Shown piece by piece: positions 9,833 to 20,646 of a stretch of DNA of 64,000 bases. Within the stretch, counting starts at the first letter, position 1. Each line of letters begins with the position of its first letter. The notes beneath the pieces are model-generated. The model was given only the letters and a program-made list of their open reading frames with translations, searched no databases and was not told the DNA's origin. This DNA is from Candidatus Micrarchaeia archaeon (GTDB lineage: Archaea > Micrarchaeota > Micrarchaeia > CABMEP01), in NCBI GenBank assembly GCA_038881595.1, contig JAVZPM010000002.1, positions 74,652-138,651 on the forward strand, in the 5' to 3' direction. A program made the position numbers and the translations under genes.

Positions 9833-10579
9833 GTGGATCGAATGGAAAATACAGTAAAGAAAAAGTTATTCTTTACCTCTCTTCCTAGGGTTCCTTCAGG
9901 TATATTTGGACTTGATGACATGATGGAGGGAGGTTTCGAAAAAAACAGTTTAAATCTCATATGTGGAGAATCGGGTTCAGGAAAAACTTTGTTTGCAATG
10001 CAATTCATTTTCTTCGGTGCACAAAAATATAACGACAATTCATTATTCATATCATTTGAAGAGACAAAGGATGAATTAAAAAGGAGAATGGCGAGATTCG
10101 GATTTGATCTTACAGCACAAGAGGCGAGTGGAAAACTTTTGATTTATTCTTATTCTCTAAGAGAAGTAAACAAATTTATTGAAGATCTTCCTAATATAGA
10201 AAGTTTGATAAAAAAGAATAAAATATCTAGAATAGCATTTGATTCTCTTACAACCTACTCTGCTTTCTTCGATAATCCTTCAAGAAGAACACTTGAGATA
10301 ATTTCATTGATCGATAAATTCAAAAAACTAGATTGCACAATTGTTATCACTTCTGATCTTAAAATACCTTCTAAGACATTAGAAGCAGAGGAAGGATTGA
10401 TCAATGAATATTTAGTTGATTCGGTAATTTCACTTTATTCTGTGAGAAGGGGAGATATTAGAGATTTTGGACTTGAGATAATAAAAATGAGGGGTACAAA
10501 TCATAGCAGAAAAATTGTTCCAATGAGAATAGTACCTACGGGGATGATAGTATATCCAGATATGCCATTTATTAAGTAA
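9833..10579 (+). CDS. KaiC/RAD55-family RecA-fold ATPase (single domain)
   Basis: SGIFGLDDMMEGG, Walker A GESGSGKT, SFEE, FDSL, IIKMRGTNH. Confidence 0.9.
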   Translation: MDRMENTVKKKLFFTSLPRVPSGIFGLDDMMEGGFEKNSLNLICGESGSGKTLFAMQFIFFGAQKYNDNSLFISFEETKDELKRRMARFGFDLTAQEASGKLLIYSYSLREVNKFIEDLPNIESLIKKNKISRIAFDSLTTYSAFFDNPSRRTLEIISLIDKFKKLDCTIVITSDLKIPSKTLEAEEGLINEYLVDSVISLYSVRRGDIRDFGLEIIKMRGTNHSRKIVPMRIVPTGMIVYPDMPFIK

Positions 10580-10618
10580 TTCTAGAACGATTTGTTTTAA
10601 TTGTAAGTTATTTTTTAA

Positions 10619-12643
10619 TTAGACTTTTAGTTCTTTTCTTAGTTCTTTTATTAACTTCTCTTTTCTCTTACTGTCTTTGATTGCATGTTCAATTACATCT
10701 ATGAGGTTGTTTACAGCTATTATCTCTATTTTCTTTCTTTTTTCTTCATCCAATACGATATCATCTAAATTCTCTTTCGGAACAATTACTGCTTTTAATC
10801 CTGCATCAACAGCAGCTTCAACTTTAGCTGTAACTCCGCCTACTGGAAGAACTTCTCCTCTTACGCTTAATGAACCAGTCATTGCAACATCTTGTCTTAT
10901 TGCAACTCCTTCCATTGCGCTTAAGACCGCAAGAGCAACAGAAATAGAGGCGCTATCTCCTTCTACACCTTCGTATGTTTGTAAAAATTGAATATGTATG
11001 TCATAACCAGTTACATCTTTTTTCATATGTTTCTTTATTATTGCACTTACATTGTCAACTGCTTCTTTTGCAATTTCCCCAAGTTTTCCGGTTGCTATAA
11101 CCTTTCCTTCGAATTTAGATGAAGCAGGAGTCACTTCTGCAACTATCGGCATTACCAATCCACTGCTTCCATCACCTATCACCGCTAACCCATTCACTCT
11201 TCCGACTTTCGCACCATGAGTCTCTAAAACACTGTATTCTTTCTTTTGTTCAATCATCATATGTGCAATTTGTTGTTCTATTGTTTTTGCAACTCCTTTT
11301 GCCTTAAGTACATGTGATACGTCAGTCACAGGAGAGTTTTCACTTTTTGCTATATCTCCAGCAGCCCTTATAAGACCACCTAGTTCTCTTAATTTTAATG
11401 TAAGTCTTCTTTTTCTACCAGCTTTTCTTTTTGCCTCTTTGATTATTTCTATAACAGCATCTCTTGTGAAGTGAGGTATTTTTCCGTCCTTCTTTACCTC
11501 CTGTGCAACGAATCTAACTAATTTCTCCCTATTTTCCTTAGTGTCCGGCATAGTGTCATTAAGGTATACTTCATATCCGTATCCTCTTATTCTTGATCTT
11601 AATGCAGGGTGCATATTTTGAAGATCATTTAAATTTCCTGCTGCAACGAGAACAAAGTCACATGGAACTGGTTCAGTTCTAGTTAAAGCACCACTTGACA
11701 TCTCACTTTGACCTGTAATTGGGAATTTCTTTTCCTGCATTGCAGTGAGCAGATCTTGTTGTGATTTTGGATTTAACGTTCCAATTTCATCTATATAAAG
11801 AACACCCATATCAGCTCTATGAATCGCTCCACTCTCAACTCTGAGATGTGCCGGAGTACCCAAACCCCCTGTTTGTAGTGGATCATGTCGTACGTCTCCA
11901 AAAAGGGCTCCTGCTTTAGCACCAGTAGCTTCGATGAAAGGTGCGGTTCTTCTTCCAGTGTTGTCAACTATAAGCTTTGGTTCATTATATTCTTCCCTTC
12001 TGATTCCACTTTGAAGTCTTGACGTAAACATCCACATTGCAAGAAAGAACAATCCTCCAAGTACAATAGCAGCAATTATTGAAGAGTATTTCTCAATTTC
12101 TGAAAGTACTGAAAGGTCTACGAATTGAAATATTAGCAAACCGATTATGAGAATGATAAGTAATGTAGTTATCCAAGATATGCCACTTTGTTTTTTTGGC
12201 ATTAGTTTTTGCATCTTGCTTGCAAGTATTATTTTTCTTCCTTGTCCAATTTTTTCCTCTTCAGGCGCATTTTCAGGTGGAAGTCCATTAGGGTAGGTAA
12301 GTACTGTTTTAATCTTTGGATTATTTTCATCGAATTCATTTGGATATACTAATACATCTCTCAGGTTTTCTGCAGGCATTAATTCAGCCATTCCTTGTGC
12401 AAGCATACTTTTCCCAGTACCTGGAGAACCAAGAAGAAGAACGTTTCTTCTCTGTGCAGCAGCTTTCTTTACTATTTCTACTGCCTTATCCTGTCCTATT
12501 ATTTGATCGATTATTTTTTCAGGTATTTTTATTTCTGCGGTTGTATTAAATTTAGGAATAGTTTTTTCAATATCTTCTAAATCTTCACTTATTTTTCTTG
12601 TTTTTTTATTTTCTTTTTTTAATTTTAAAGTTTTCTCTTTCAT
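10619..12643 (-). CDS. lonB: Membrane-bound ATP-dependent protease LonB
   Basis: GSPGTGKS, two TM helices in the AAA domain, EGDSAS catalytic Ser, VTAK catalytic Lys. Confidence 0.97.
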   Translation of the reverse strand: MKEKTLKLKKENKKTRKISEDLEDIEKTIPKFNTTAEIKIPEKIIDQIIGQDKAVEIVKKAAAQRRNVLLLGSPGTGKSMLAQGMAELMPAENLRDVLVYPNEFDENNPKIKTVLTYPNGLPPENAPEEEKIGQGRKIILASKMQKLMPKKQSGISWITTLLIILIIGLLIFQFVDLSVLSEIEKYSSIIAAIVLGGLFFLAMWMFTSRLQSGIRREEYNEPKLIVDNTGRRTAPFIEATGAKAGALFGDVRHDPLQTGGLGTPAHLRVESGAIHRADMGVLYIDEIGTLNPKSQQDLLTAMQEKKFPITGQSEMSSGALTRTEPVPCDFVLVAAGNLNDLQNMHPALRSRIRGYGYEVYLNDTMPDTKENREKLVRFVAQEVKKDGKIPHFTRDAVIEIIKEAKRKAGRKRRLTLKLRELGGLIRAAGDIAKSENSPVTDVSHVLKAKGVAKTIEQQIAHMMIEQKKEYSVLETHGAKVGRVNGLAVIGDGSSGLVMPIVAEVTPASSKFEGKVIATGKLGEIAKEAVDNVSAIIKKHMKKDVTGYDIHIQFLQTYEGVEGDSASISVALAVLSAMEGVAIRQDVAMTGSLSVRGEVLPVGGVTAKVEAAVDAGLKAVIVPKENLDDIVLDEEKRKKIEIIAVNNLIDVIEHAIKDSKRKEKLIKELRKELKV

Positions 12644-12724
12644 TAAATCACATTATTAATCATATAATATTAATCTAAAAATTTAAAAAAAATATATTTT
12701 CAAAAATATTACATTTTCATCACT

Positions 12725-13513
12725 TTATTTCAATCTTGAAAAAGCAGTATCTCCAGATGGCAGAAGATGAAGTAATTCATCTTTTTTAACATTTAGTTGC
12801 TTTGCGATTTTTTCTGCAACTATATCTTTTGAATATCTTCCAGGTTGCAGAGTAAAACAAATCTTGAATTTATCGGCTCCACTCTCTTCTGGAAGACACA
12901 GAAGTTCACCATTTTCATTTAATCCGATAAGTAATTTTAATTGAACTCCTCTGAAGTAATTTTTTCTTCCTGAAATAAAAAAACTTCCTTTTTGTAGATA
13001 TTCTCCAGATGGCGGGGATTTACTTACTTGATCTTTCGTTACATAATAGACATCGACACTTCCATATCCTGTCTTCCATGCGGATGAATAACAAGCAGCA
13101 AATTGAGCAGTTTGTTTAAGAGAGGATTCTGGTGCATTTTTCCCTTTTTTAAGTACTACAGCAGGAGCTCCAATTATGTCAGCGTGAAAAAATAAATCAT
13201 CGTTCTCAAGCCTTTTTTTGACTATTTCTTCATTCTGTCCTGCGCTTTTTCCACCTATTGCTAAAAATCCATCTGTTGTAAAGAACCAATGATACTGACT
13301 ATACCATTCTTTCTTCTCTTGTTTTTTTTCTTGTTTCTTCTCTTTTTTTTCTTTTAGTCTTTCCGTTTCTTTTTCCATTTCTTTTTTCGTTTCTTCTATT
13401 GCTTTTTTCGTTTCTTCCAGTTTTCTTTTCAACTTTTTGGCATTTTCAAAATAAGTATTTGCATTGTCAAAAACTTCCTTATTTGGATCGATTATTATTT
13501 CCATATCTATCAA
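12725..13513 (-). CDS. NFACT-R (DUF814) RNA-binding protein, short RqcH/Rqc2-like
   Basis: WFFTTDGFLAIGGKSAGQNE, FFHADIIGAP, SGEYLQKGSFFISG after a coiled coil. Confidence 0.88.
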   Translation of the reverse strand: MIDMEIIIDPNKEVFDNANTYFENAKKLKRKLEETKKAIEETKKEMEKETERLKEKKEKKQEKKQEKKEWYSQYHWFFTTDGFLAIGGKSAGQNEEIVKKRLENDDLFFHADIIGAPAVVLKKGKNAPESSLKQTAQFAACYSSAWKTGYGSVDVYYVTKDQVSKSPPSGEYLQKGSFFISGRKNYFRGVQLKLLIGLNENGELLCLPEESGADKFKICFTLQPGRYSKDIVAEKIAKQLNVKKDELLHLLPSGDTAFSRLK

Positions 13514-13571
13514 TACTCGAAATATTATAAATCAGATATTAAGAAGAAAATAAAGATCTTAAAATAAGTCT

Positions 13572-13760
13572 TTATTCTTTTATTTTTGCTGCATATCTAC
13601 CTGGGGACTTTATACCTAATTTCTTTGCGATCTCAGAAACTTCTGGATTAATTATTATTACCTCTCCACTCCATCTATCTGTTAATCGTTCGCTTCCACA
13701 GAGCGGACACTTGTTTTGACCTTTTGAAATATATTTACAATCTTTGCATGCTTTTTCCAT
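13572..13760 (-). CDS. spt4: Transcription elongation factor Spt4 (RpoE'')
   Basis: ACKDC/CPLC Zn finger, WSGEVIIINPE, PGRYA. Confidence 0.95.
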   Translation of the reverse strand: MEKACKDCKYISKGQNKCPLCGSERLTDRWSGEVIIINPEVSEIAKKLGIKSPGRYAAKIKE

Positions 13761-13788
13761 ATAAACACCTGTGATTCTTTATATTAAA

Positions 13789-14400
13789 TTATTTTTTCTT
13801 TCCTTTTTCAGTTTTCTTCTCTTTATCTTCTTCTTTTTCTACTTTCTTTGTTTTCTTTCCTTTCTCTTCTTCATATAACCAAGTTAAATTTCCTAATCCA
13901 TCTCCCTTCATTGTCATTGCAATCTTAGTTTCAGGAATTGTTGGTTTCATACTAACAGATACTATTCTTGCTCTTACAATATCTCCTTTCTTTACAGTAT
14001 GTTTGCTTCCTTTTAGAAGAAGGCTTCCTGTTTTTTTATCAAATGTTATAAAGTCATTTGCGATTTGAGATAAGTGAACAAGTCCATCAAATGGGCCTAT
14101 ATTTATAAATATTCCAAAATCCATAACCTCTGTTACTTCTCCATTAACAATTTCATGTGTTTCTGGAATATATACAAGTACATTATATTTGACGTCGTAG
14201 TATGCAGCTCCATCACCTAATACAACCTTTCCTCCTTTTATGTCATGTATATTCCATATTTTTAATACAACTCCATATTCTAGGTCAACTTTTCTTTCGT
14301 ATTTGTCTTGTAATATTCTTAATATGGAATCATTAAGTTCCATTGTGAAATATGAAGGAGGCACTCTGATTGTATCAGAAATCGTTATAACTTTGTACAT
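13789..14400 (-). CDS. rpoE1: RNA polymerase subunit E' (Rpo7)
   Basis: DTIRVPP, GDGAAY, S1 domain GPFDGLVHLSQI; start moved to ATG 14400 after GTGAGG. Confidence 0.95.
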   Translation of the reverse strand: MYKVITISDTIRVPPSYFTMELNDSILRILQDKYERKVDLEYGVVLKIWNIHDIKGGKVVLGDGAAYYDVKYNVLVYIPETHEIVNGEVTEVMDFGIFINIGPFDGLVHLSQIANDFITFDKKTGSLLLKGSKHTVKKGDIVRARIVSVSMKPTIPETKIAMTMKGDGLGNLTWLYEEEKGKKTKKVEKEEDKEKKTEKGKKK

Positions 14401-14552
14401 AAGATCAAACCTCACGATTCAAATCAATGTTTTATATTTGGCAAAATCCAGTAGGACATTGCCATATAATTAATACAATACCTGACTAGCCACTTATAAT
14501 AGGAATATATTAAATACTATATTTGATTCAGAAAATTTTAAATTGTATTGAT

Positions 14553-14972
14553 TTAGTCTCTAAGCATTATAATTTGTGCGCCCAACCTTTTTAAATATTG
14601 CTTGAGTTTTTTATCGTACGTTACTATAGATAGTTTTTGTTTCTTTGCTATTTTTATGAACCATCTATCTAAAGGTGGGTCTGCTTTCTCTACGTTTATT
14701 TTCTTGTCAGTTTCCCATTTTTTGATTATTTTTAGTGCTATAGTTGCATTTCTTTTTTCAGACAAACTACTCTTCTTTGAGTTGATAATTTTTTCTAATT
14801 CATCATATATTCCAGAAGGAATTACTACAATTGATTTGATCCCTCTAATTTTTTTATGGAGTGTTTCTAAAATGTCAATCTTTTTTTGTATAGAATAAAT
14901 AATCGCATTGGTATCAAACGTCAATATTTGTTTTTCTTCTTTCCTTTCTATCTCTTTATTTTCAAATTTCAT
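14553..14972 (-). CDS. PIN-domain protein (Fcf1/Utp24-like)
   Basis: FDTNAI, IYDELE, IVTYDKKLK; conserved neighbour of rpoE1. Confidence 0.8.
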   Translation of the reverse strand: MKFENKEIERKEEKQILTFDTNAIIYSIQKKIDILETLHKKIRGIKSIVVIPSGIYDELEKIINSKKSSLSEKRNATIALKIIKKWETDKKINVEKADPPLDRWFIKIAKKQKLSIVTYDKKLKQYLKRLGAQIIMLRD

Positions 14973-14976
14973 TTAA

Positions 14977-17580
14977 TCACTGTTTCGTTTTTATTAGACG
15001 TTTCTTAGCTTCGAATATTATTGTAATAATTACAATAAGAGGAATAATGTACATCCATTGCATCATAGTAAGAGGTTTAAGTTCAAATAAAGATGACAAA
15101 AATGGTATGTAAAATGCAGCAAATAGAATTAGAAATGTTAAACAAATAGAGAGAATAGTATCTGCAGAAATATGTTTCCATGATTCAAGTAAGCTATCTT
15201 TTATTGATATTGAGTTTATAGATATTGTTAATACAGTTATAGATAATATTGCTATTGCTAATGTTCTACTATATCCTTCAAATATTGGGATTAATGTTAA
15301 ATATCCAAAGTATATTGATACAACTAGTGCAATTAAAAGCATCGCAAGGTATTCATTCGTTTCAGGAAATCTTTTTGATGTTTTAATTGCCAATGATTTT
15401 TCATATAATCTTTCCTTCGAGAAATTTGTTGCAATTGCAACATCTGCAATTAAATTTATAAGCAGTATCTGGGTTGCAGTCATCATGTCTCCTGTAAATA
15501 CTATTGCGCTTATCATAACAGTAAAAAATATTGCCATATCTGATGCTGATAAAGCATAAAAAGTTCTTTCTATATTTCTTCTCATATCCCTGGATTCCTC
15601 TATTAGATCTGCTATACTTTCATATCTATCGTTCTTTATTATTCCATCGGCATTATTCTTTATTATTCCTGGAGCACTCTCAACTGCCAGAGACACATTC
15701 GTGTATAATAATGGACTGTAGTCTGTTCCTATGGATTCGATGTATGTGACATGATGCCCTTCTTTTTTAAGCGTATCTAATATCATAGCCTCATATTCTT
15801 CTGTAGATTCCGAGAAAACAACGGATTCAAGTATTCTTTTTGTTCTTTCTTCAGCTCTCATATATTTTAGTTCTTCACATATAACTGCTTTGTCTTTTTC
15901 AGTCATTATTCCAATTTCTCTTGCAAAGCTTACTGCCTCTCCACTTTTTGCTTTAGTTATTATAATTGGCTTTATTCCTGCTTCTTTAAGTTCTTGTACT
16001 GTTTTTTTGACTTCTTGCTTTGGTGGATCATATATACCTAATAAAGAAAGGAATGTAAAGTATTTCGGCTCTTCTTTTTTCCAGGCAAATGCAATTGCAT
16101 ATGGTGTTTGTCCATTTGCAGTCATTTTGATTTCTTGATTTTCTATTTCTTCTTTAATTTTTTCATCAATCTTTAGGAATTTTCCATTCGAGTAGAGTGA
16201 TTTGCATCTTTCTTTTACTTTTTCAGAAGGTCCAAACATAACAAATGCAATTCTGTTTCTTTTCTTTATCTTAACAATTTTTACATCTTCTGTTTCTTTA
16301 CTTTCAAGCAACACCCATTCTCCTCTTATATTTGTTATTGGAATTCTATTTTTCATTGCCATTACTACTAGTGCACCTTCGATTGGATCGCCGTCAAGAT
16401 AGGGTATATTATCTTTGTACTCTAGTGTTGCTTCTGTAGCAGCTGCAGCCATTTCTGTCATCATATCTATAGTTGCGTAATTTTTTGTTCCTTTGAAAAT
16501 ACCAAGAACATCCCATCCATCTCCAGTTACATATACTTCTTTTCTATCTATCCATATTCTTCTTACTGTAGGTTCGTTTCTTGTCAGTGATTTTAACATT
16601 TCTGTAACTACAACTGTAGTCCTGCCAATTTTATCTGCCGCAGCTTCTCTTCTAAGCACAATGAATTTAGACATCCTTTCTATCGTCGATGCATATATAT
16701 AAGTTGCAACACTAAATATAGTGTCAGGGATTGCAGCTACTGCAGCGGCAGCAGCGATTACGATTGCATTAAATAATGGCATTCCGTCTGCAACTAGTTG
16801 AAATACGATAATAAGTGAAGCGAGATACACCACATTTCCAAAAGAATCAGTGGCTCTCTTTACTCTGCTTATCGAATCGTTTTTCTTTGGATCTGTTGAT
16901 AAAATGTTTTTAATTCCAAAAACAGTATAGTATTTCGTATTCTTTCCTGTAGCTGTGACTGTTATTGTACATTCTCCCTTTTTAATAAAAGTTCCGGCAT
17001 AAACAGACGACGGATCTGATTTATATGGCCTAAAGGTTTTTTCTACTTCCATTTCTGGTACTTTTTCTACAATTCCTCTTTGGAATATGTTTTCATCAAC
17101 CAAACAGTTTTTAGCTTTAATAACTATTCCATCTGCAGGAACAAGCATTCCTTCTTCAAGTATTAATATGTCACCTGGAACGATCTCTTCTATATCAAGT
17201 CTAATTATCTTTCCATTTCTGTATGCTTTTACATACCCATAAAATTCTTTAAGATTTTTTATTATTTTTTCTTCACTTTCTCTATTTCTTATCCAATTTA
17301 TGGAAACTGTTAGCAAGATTATCGAGATGATTAATAGACTATGAGCAATATTCACTGTAGCAAGAAATATAGCTGCAAGAATTAGAATAATAATAGGATA
17401 GCTAAATTGTGAAAAAAGTAGTTCCAATTCACCTGTTCTCGCATATTGATAAATAACGTTTTTTCCATTTCTCTTGAGTCGTTCATTCGCTTCTTCTGTT
17501 GTTAATCCAATAGGTAGATTTTTAATTTCATTACTAATTTTTTCTTTTTTTTCATTTATTTCTTTTTTTCTCTCCGCCAT
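14977..17580 (-). CDS. P2A-like P-type ATPase homologue with degenerate catalytic motifs
   Basis: GLTTEEA..RL..GKN, IVPGDI, VPADG, GDPIEGAL, YDPP, QILLINLIAD retained; DKTGT site reads EMLKS. Confidence 0.85.
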   Translation of the reverse strand: MAERKKEINEKKEKISNEIKNLPIGLTTEEANERLKRNGKNVIYQYARTGELELLFSQFSYPIIILILAAIFLATVNIAHSLLIISIILLTVSINWIRNRESEEKIIKNLKEFYGYVKAYRNGKIIRLDIEEIVPGDILILEEGMLVPADGIVIKAKNCLVDENIFQRGIVEKVPEMEVEKTFRPYKSDPSSVYAGTFIKKGECTITVTATGKNTKYYTVFGIKNILSTDPKKNDSISRVKRATDSFGNVVYLASLIIVFQLVADGMPLFNAIVIAAAAAVAAIPDTIFSVATYIYASTIERMSKFIVLRREAAADKIGRTTVVVTEMLKSLTRNEPTVRRIWIDRKEVYVTGDGWDVLGIFKGTKNYATIDMMTEMAAAATEATLEYKDNIPYLDGDPIEGALVVMAMKNRIPITNIRGEWVLLESKETEDVKIVKIKKRNRIAFVMFGPSEKVKERCKSLYSNGKFLKIDEKIKEEIENQEIKMTANGQTPYAIAFAWKKEEPKYFTFLSLLGIYDPPKQEVKKTVQELKEAGIKPIIITKAKSGEAVSFAREIGIMTEKDKAVICEELKYMRAEERTKRILESVVFSESTEEYEAMILDTLKKEGHHVTYIESIGTDYSPLLYTNVSLAVESAPGIIKNNADGIIKNDRYESIADLIEESRDMRRNIERTFYALSASDMAIFFTVMISAIVFTGDMMTATQILLINLIADVAIATNFSKERLYEKSLAIKTSKRFPETNEYLAMLLIALVVSIYFGYLTLIPIFEGYSRTLAIAILSITVLTISINSISIKDSLLESWKHISADTILSICLTFLILFAAFYIPFLSSLFELKPLTMMQWMYIIPLIVIITIIFEAKKRLIKTKQ

Positions 17581-17605
17581 ATAGATCAGCTAGTAAAAGC
17601 ATTTA

Positions 17606-18829
17606 TTACTTTACAATTATTCTTTCTCCTACGCTGCTTATTCTCTCAAGTTTTATAGGTATTTTTGTTCCTACAGGAGTCTGTGCTATCGCAGTTCCCG
17701 CTTTTTTATCTATTCCTATTACTTTTCCGATATATGCACCTATCTCTGTTATTATCTCCTTTCCTTCTAATCTTATCTTCGCTGCGACCCTTATCTTTAA
17801 CGTTCTAGCAAATTCTGTTGCAAGTAATGTTACGATTATAGAGAGAATTATGGCGATTAAAAATTCATAGAACCACGCCTCTCCTACTATCCAAGAGAGA
17901 GCAAGATATGATAAGAAAGAGACAACTATCCCATTAAATGAATATAATCCACTATCTATAAGTTCAAACAAACTTCCTTTTGGATAAAGTTCAATCGCCC
18001 TTCCAATCATTATTAAAATTATTATAAATACTGCAAAGGGCCATAGTATAGGTCGTAGTCCAAATGATAAAGATTCAAAAAAGCTATAGCCATTTGAGCT
18101 TGCATTAATAAATTCATTTACACCTATTGAGATAGATATCAAAGCTAATGCGAATATAGGCACATAAACCACAAGTGTAGTTCTTGTAGAGGATGAAAAC
18201 AAATTTCTAACTGTATTTATAATAAAATCTTCTATACCAAATCCTTTAAGTAAGAGATATAAACCAACAATACCCACTATAGGTCTCCATCCATATCCAA
18301 GCATATCGCTAATAAGAAAAGAAATCAATATTAAAGCAGGAACTCCGAAGAAAAGTTTTGCATAATATGGCTCTTTTAGTTTGCTTAAAAGAGTAACGTA
18401 TGTTTTTTCAAGCTCTTTTGCTTGCTTCATAACTACGGTTTTCTTTGAGTCAAGTTTTACTCTTGAAGAGATTAAAGGAAGCAGTTCTTCGTCATCAGCT
18501 CCATCAGTTACAAAAATACATGATGTTGCATGAAACTGTTGAAGAATAGACTCTAATTGTGTAACTATTTTCTTATCTGCATGATACCCTAATCGACTAT
18601 CTCCAGTAATAGTTACAACCTCTGCTTTTTTAGTTTTTATTATTTCATCATAGATCTTTACTGCCTGAAACATTGCATTTGCATCTGTATCTTCTGGATC
18701 GTTTAGAAGAAGATTAGTTGCAGCATGTATATTTGCTTGTCTTCCTATTACTGGCCCAGTTATTCGTGCTTTTTTACCTAAATCATCATCACGATCTACA
18801 CATAATATTAGTATATTTTCTTTCGTCAT
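17606..18829 (-). CDS. DUF373 family membrane protein with C-terminal PRC-barrel-like segment
   Basis: LILCVDRDDDLG, DPEDTDAN, FVTDGADDE. Confidence 0.85.
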   Translation of the reverse strand: MTKENILILCVDRDDDLGKKARITGPVIGRQANIHAATNLLLNDPEDTDANAMFQAVKIYDEIIKTKKAEVVTITGDSRLGYHADKKIVTQLESILQQFHATSCIFVTDGADDEELLPLISSRVKLDSKKTVVMKQAKELEKTYVTLLSKLKEPYYAKLFFGVPALILISFLISDMLGYGWRPIVGIVGLYLLLKGFGIEDFIINTVRNLFSSSTRTTLVVYVPIFALALISISIGVNEFINASSNGYSFFESLSFGLRPILWPFAVFIIILIMIGRAIELYPKGSLFELIDSGLYSFNGIVVSFLSYLALSWIVGEAWFYEFLIAIILSIIVTLLATEFARTLKIRVAAKIRLEGKEIITEIGAYIGKVIGIDKKAGTAIAQTPVGTKIPIKLERISSVGERIIVK

Positions 18830-18980
18830 TCAAGCACCATTGAGTTTTTTTTCTATGAATAAATGTTATTAAATATTTATAAATTCTATTATTGTATATA
18901 ATATAATCTTACGTAATTATAAATCTAAGACCTATTTTAATTGATTAATAATTTAAGAGTTAATTTTAAAGTTGGTAGTT

Positions 18981-19688
18981 ATGGAAAAAGATAGAGAAGT
19001 TATAGCTGTTCCTGGAGATATACTTGGAACAGAAGAGGAATTTCTTCCTGGAGAGGGAACATATACAGATAAAGATGGAAATATTCGTGCATTAAACGCA
19101 GGAATTGTTGAAATCAGCGATGATAGGCGAATATCTGTTTTTTCAGATAGAGAACCTGAAAAACTTAAACCAGGTGATGTAGTTTATGGTAGAGTAGAAG
19201 AAATGTTTGAGTCAGTCGCATTCCTTACTATCGAGCATCCAAATTCTTCAAGTATAGAACGAATTGATAGGATGTCAGCAGTTATTCCAATTTCAGAGAT
19301 AAAAGAAGGATATGTTAAATCAATACGAGATGCAATTCATGTTGGTGATATCATAATTGGTGCAGTTAAAGAAGTTACTCCATTAAGAATAATTGTTACT
19401 CTTAAACCAAAAGGAATGGGCGTAGTAATGGCGTATTGTAGTTACGATCGAAAGCCAATGTTATTGAAAGGAAGGTCTCTTATTTGTAGTAAATGTGGAC
19501 AAAAAGAGGAACGTCTTATTGCAGATAGCTATGGAAAATTTGAATACATTGAATCTGCACAAATAATTCCAGAAAGAAAAGATAGATTTCAGAAATTAAG
19601 ATTAGTAAAAGGAAGGTTTTCTGGAAGAAAGAAATATAGATATTTTCAGGAAAAATTTCAATTTAAAAAAAGAAGATCAAGATTCTAA
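18981..19688 (+). CDS. csl4: Exosome subunit Csl4
   Basis: VPGDILGTEEEFLPGEGTY, S1 domain, C-terminal Zn-ribbon-like CSYD...CSKC; precedes rpoL. Confidence 0.9.
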   Translation: MEKDREVIAVPGDILGTEEEFLPGEGTYTDKDGNIRALNAGIVEISDDRRISVFSDREPEKLKPGDVVYGRVEEMFESVAFLTIEHPNSSSIERIDRMSAVIPISEIKEGYVKSIRDAIHVGDIIIGAVKEVTPLRIIVTLKPKGMGVVMAYCSYDRKPMLLKGRSLICSKCGQKEERLIADSYGKFEYIESAQIIPERKDRFQKLRLVKGRFSGRKKYRYFQEKFQFKKRRSRF

Positions 19689-19753
19689 TAGTTTTAGTAT
19701 TTTAAAGTTTTGTCTACAATAGTTTTAATATTGTATAATAATGAGGTGTTTAA

Positions 19754-20017
19754 ATGTCTGAATTAAAGGTTAATAAAGTAGATAAGAATCATGTAGAGAT
19801 TCATTTTTTTGGTGAGGACATTGCTTTTGTTCATGCTCTTAGAGAATTTGTTATCGAAAACGATGATGTTGAGTTTGCAGCAGTTAAGCAGGAACACATA
19901 GAAGTGGGAGAACCTATTCTTGTTGTGAAAACAAAGAAAGGAAATCCAATCCCTATCGTTGCAAAAGCTGCTGCAAAGCTTGCAAAGACAGCTGAAGATC
20001 TTGTAAAATCAATTTAA
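19754..20017 (+). CDS. rpoL: RNA polymerase subunit L (Rpo11)
   Basis: GED..FVHALR, DVEFAAV..EH; csl4-rpoL-DUF99 synteny. Confidence 0.85.
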   Translation: MSELKVNKVDKNHVEIHFFGEDIAFVHALREFVIENDDVEFAAVKQEHIEVGEPILVVKTKKGNPIPIVAKAAAKLAKTAEDLVKSI

Positions 20018-20055
20018 TAGATAAATCAAATAATCTAATAGAATTATCTGATTAG

Positions 20056-20646
20056 ATGACAAATCTTGTCCGGAAAGAAAGTATAAAAATAGACAAAAAT
20101 ATTAGAATTCTTGCAGTGGACGATTCCCCTAGAATCAATTCTTCTTCCTTTCTTATAGGGATTGTTTATAGGAATGGAATTGTAGAAGGAGCTGTCAGTA
20201 CTAATATAACATACGATGGAGATGATAGTACAGAACAAATAATAAAGATGGTAAAGAGATCTCGTTTTTCAAATCAAATAAAATTAATTCTGCTAAATAG
20301 CATTACAATGGGAGGTTTAAATATAATAGATATATCTGAATTGTCTAATTCTCTTTCAATACCTGTTATTGCAATCACTCGTCACTTGCCAAGAGTTTCT
20401 GAACTAGAGAAAGCAGTTGATAGGCTTGAGATTTCGAAAGAGGAAAAAGAAAGAAAACTTAATGCAATCAAGAATGCTGGAGAACCGTTTAAAATCAAAA
20501 CAAAGCCAATACTCTATGCTCAGGTAGCAGGCATAGACAGGTTTAAGGCAATGGAAGCAATCAAAGATATAGGCATAGAACCTTTGAGATTATCACATAT
20601 AATTGCTTCTGCGCTTGTTTTAGGAGAATCAAAGGGAAGATTCTAA
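20056..20646 (+). CDS. DUF99 family (endonuclease V-like) protein
   Basis: ILAVDDS, YDGDDST, ITMGGLNIIDI, EPLRLSHIIA. Confidence 0.88.
   Translation: MTNLVRKESIKIDKNIRILAVDDSPRINSSSFLIGIVYRNGIVEGAVSTNITYDGDDSTEQIIKMVKRSRFSNQIKLILLNSITMGGLNIIDISELSNSLSIPVIAITRHLPRVSELEKAVDRLEISKEEKERKLNAIKNAGEPFKIKTKPILYAQVAGIDRFKAMEAIKDIGIEPLRLSHIIASALVLGESKGRF

Noticed and set aside
2928..12643. Inteins in RNAP subunits or LonB (also checked in NrdJ)
   Set aside because: Normal lengths and contiguous motifs; no intein-like insertions seen
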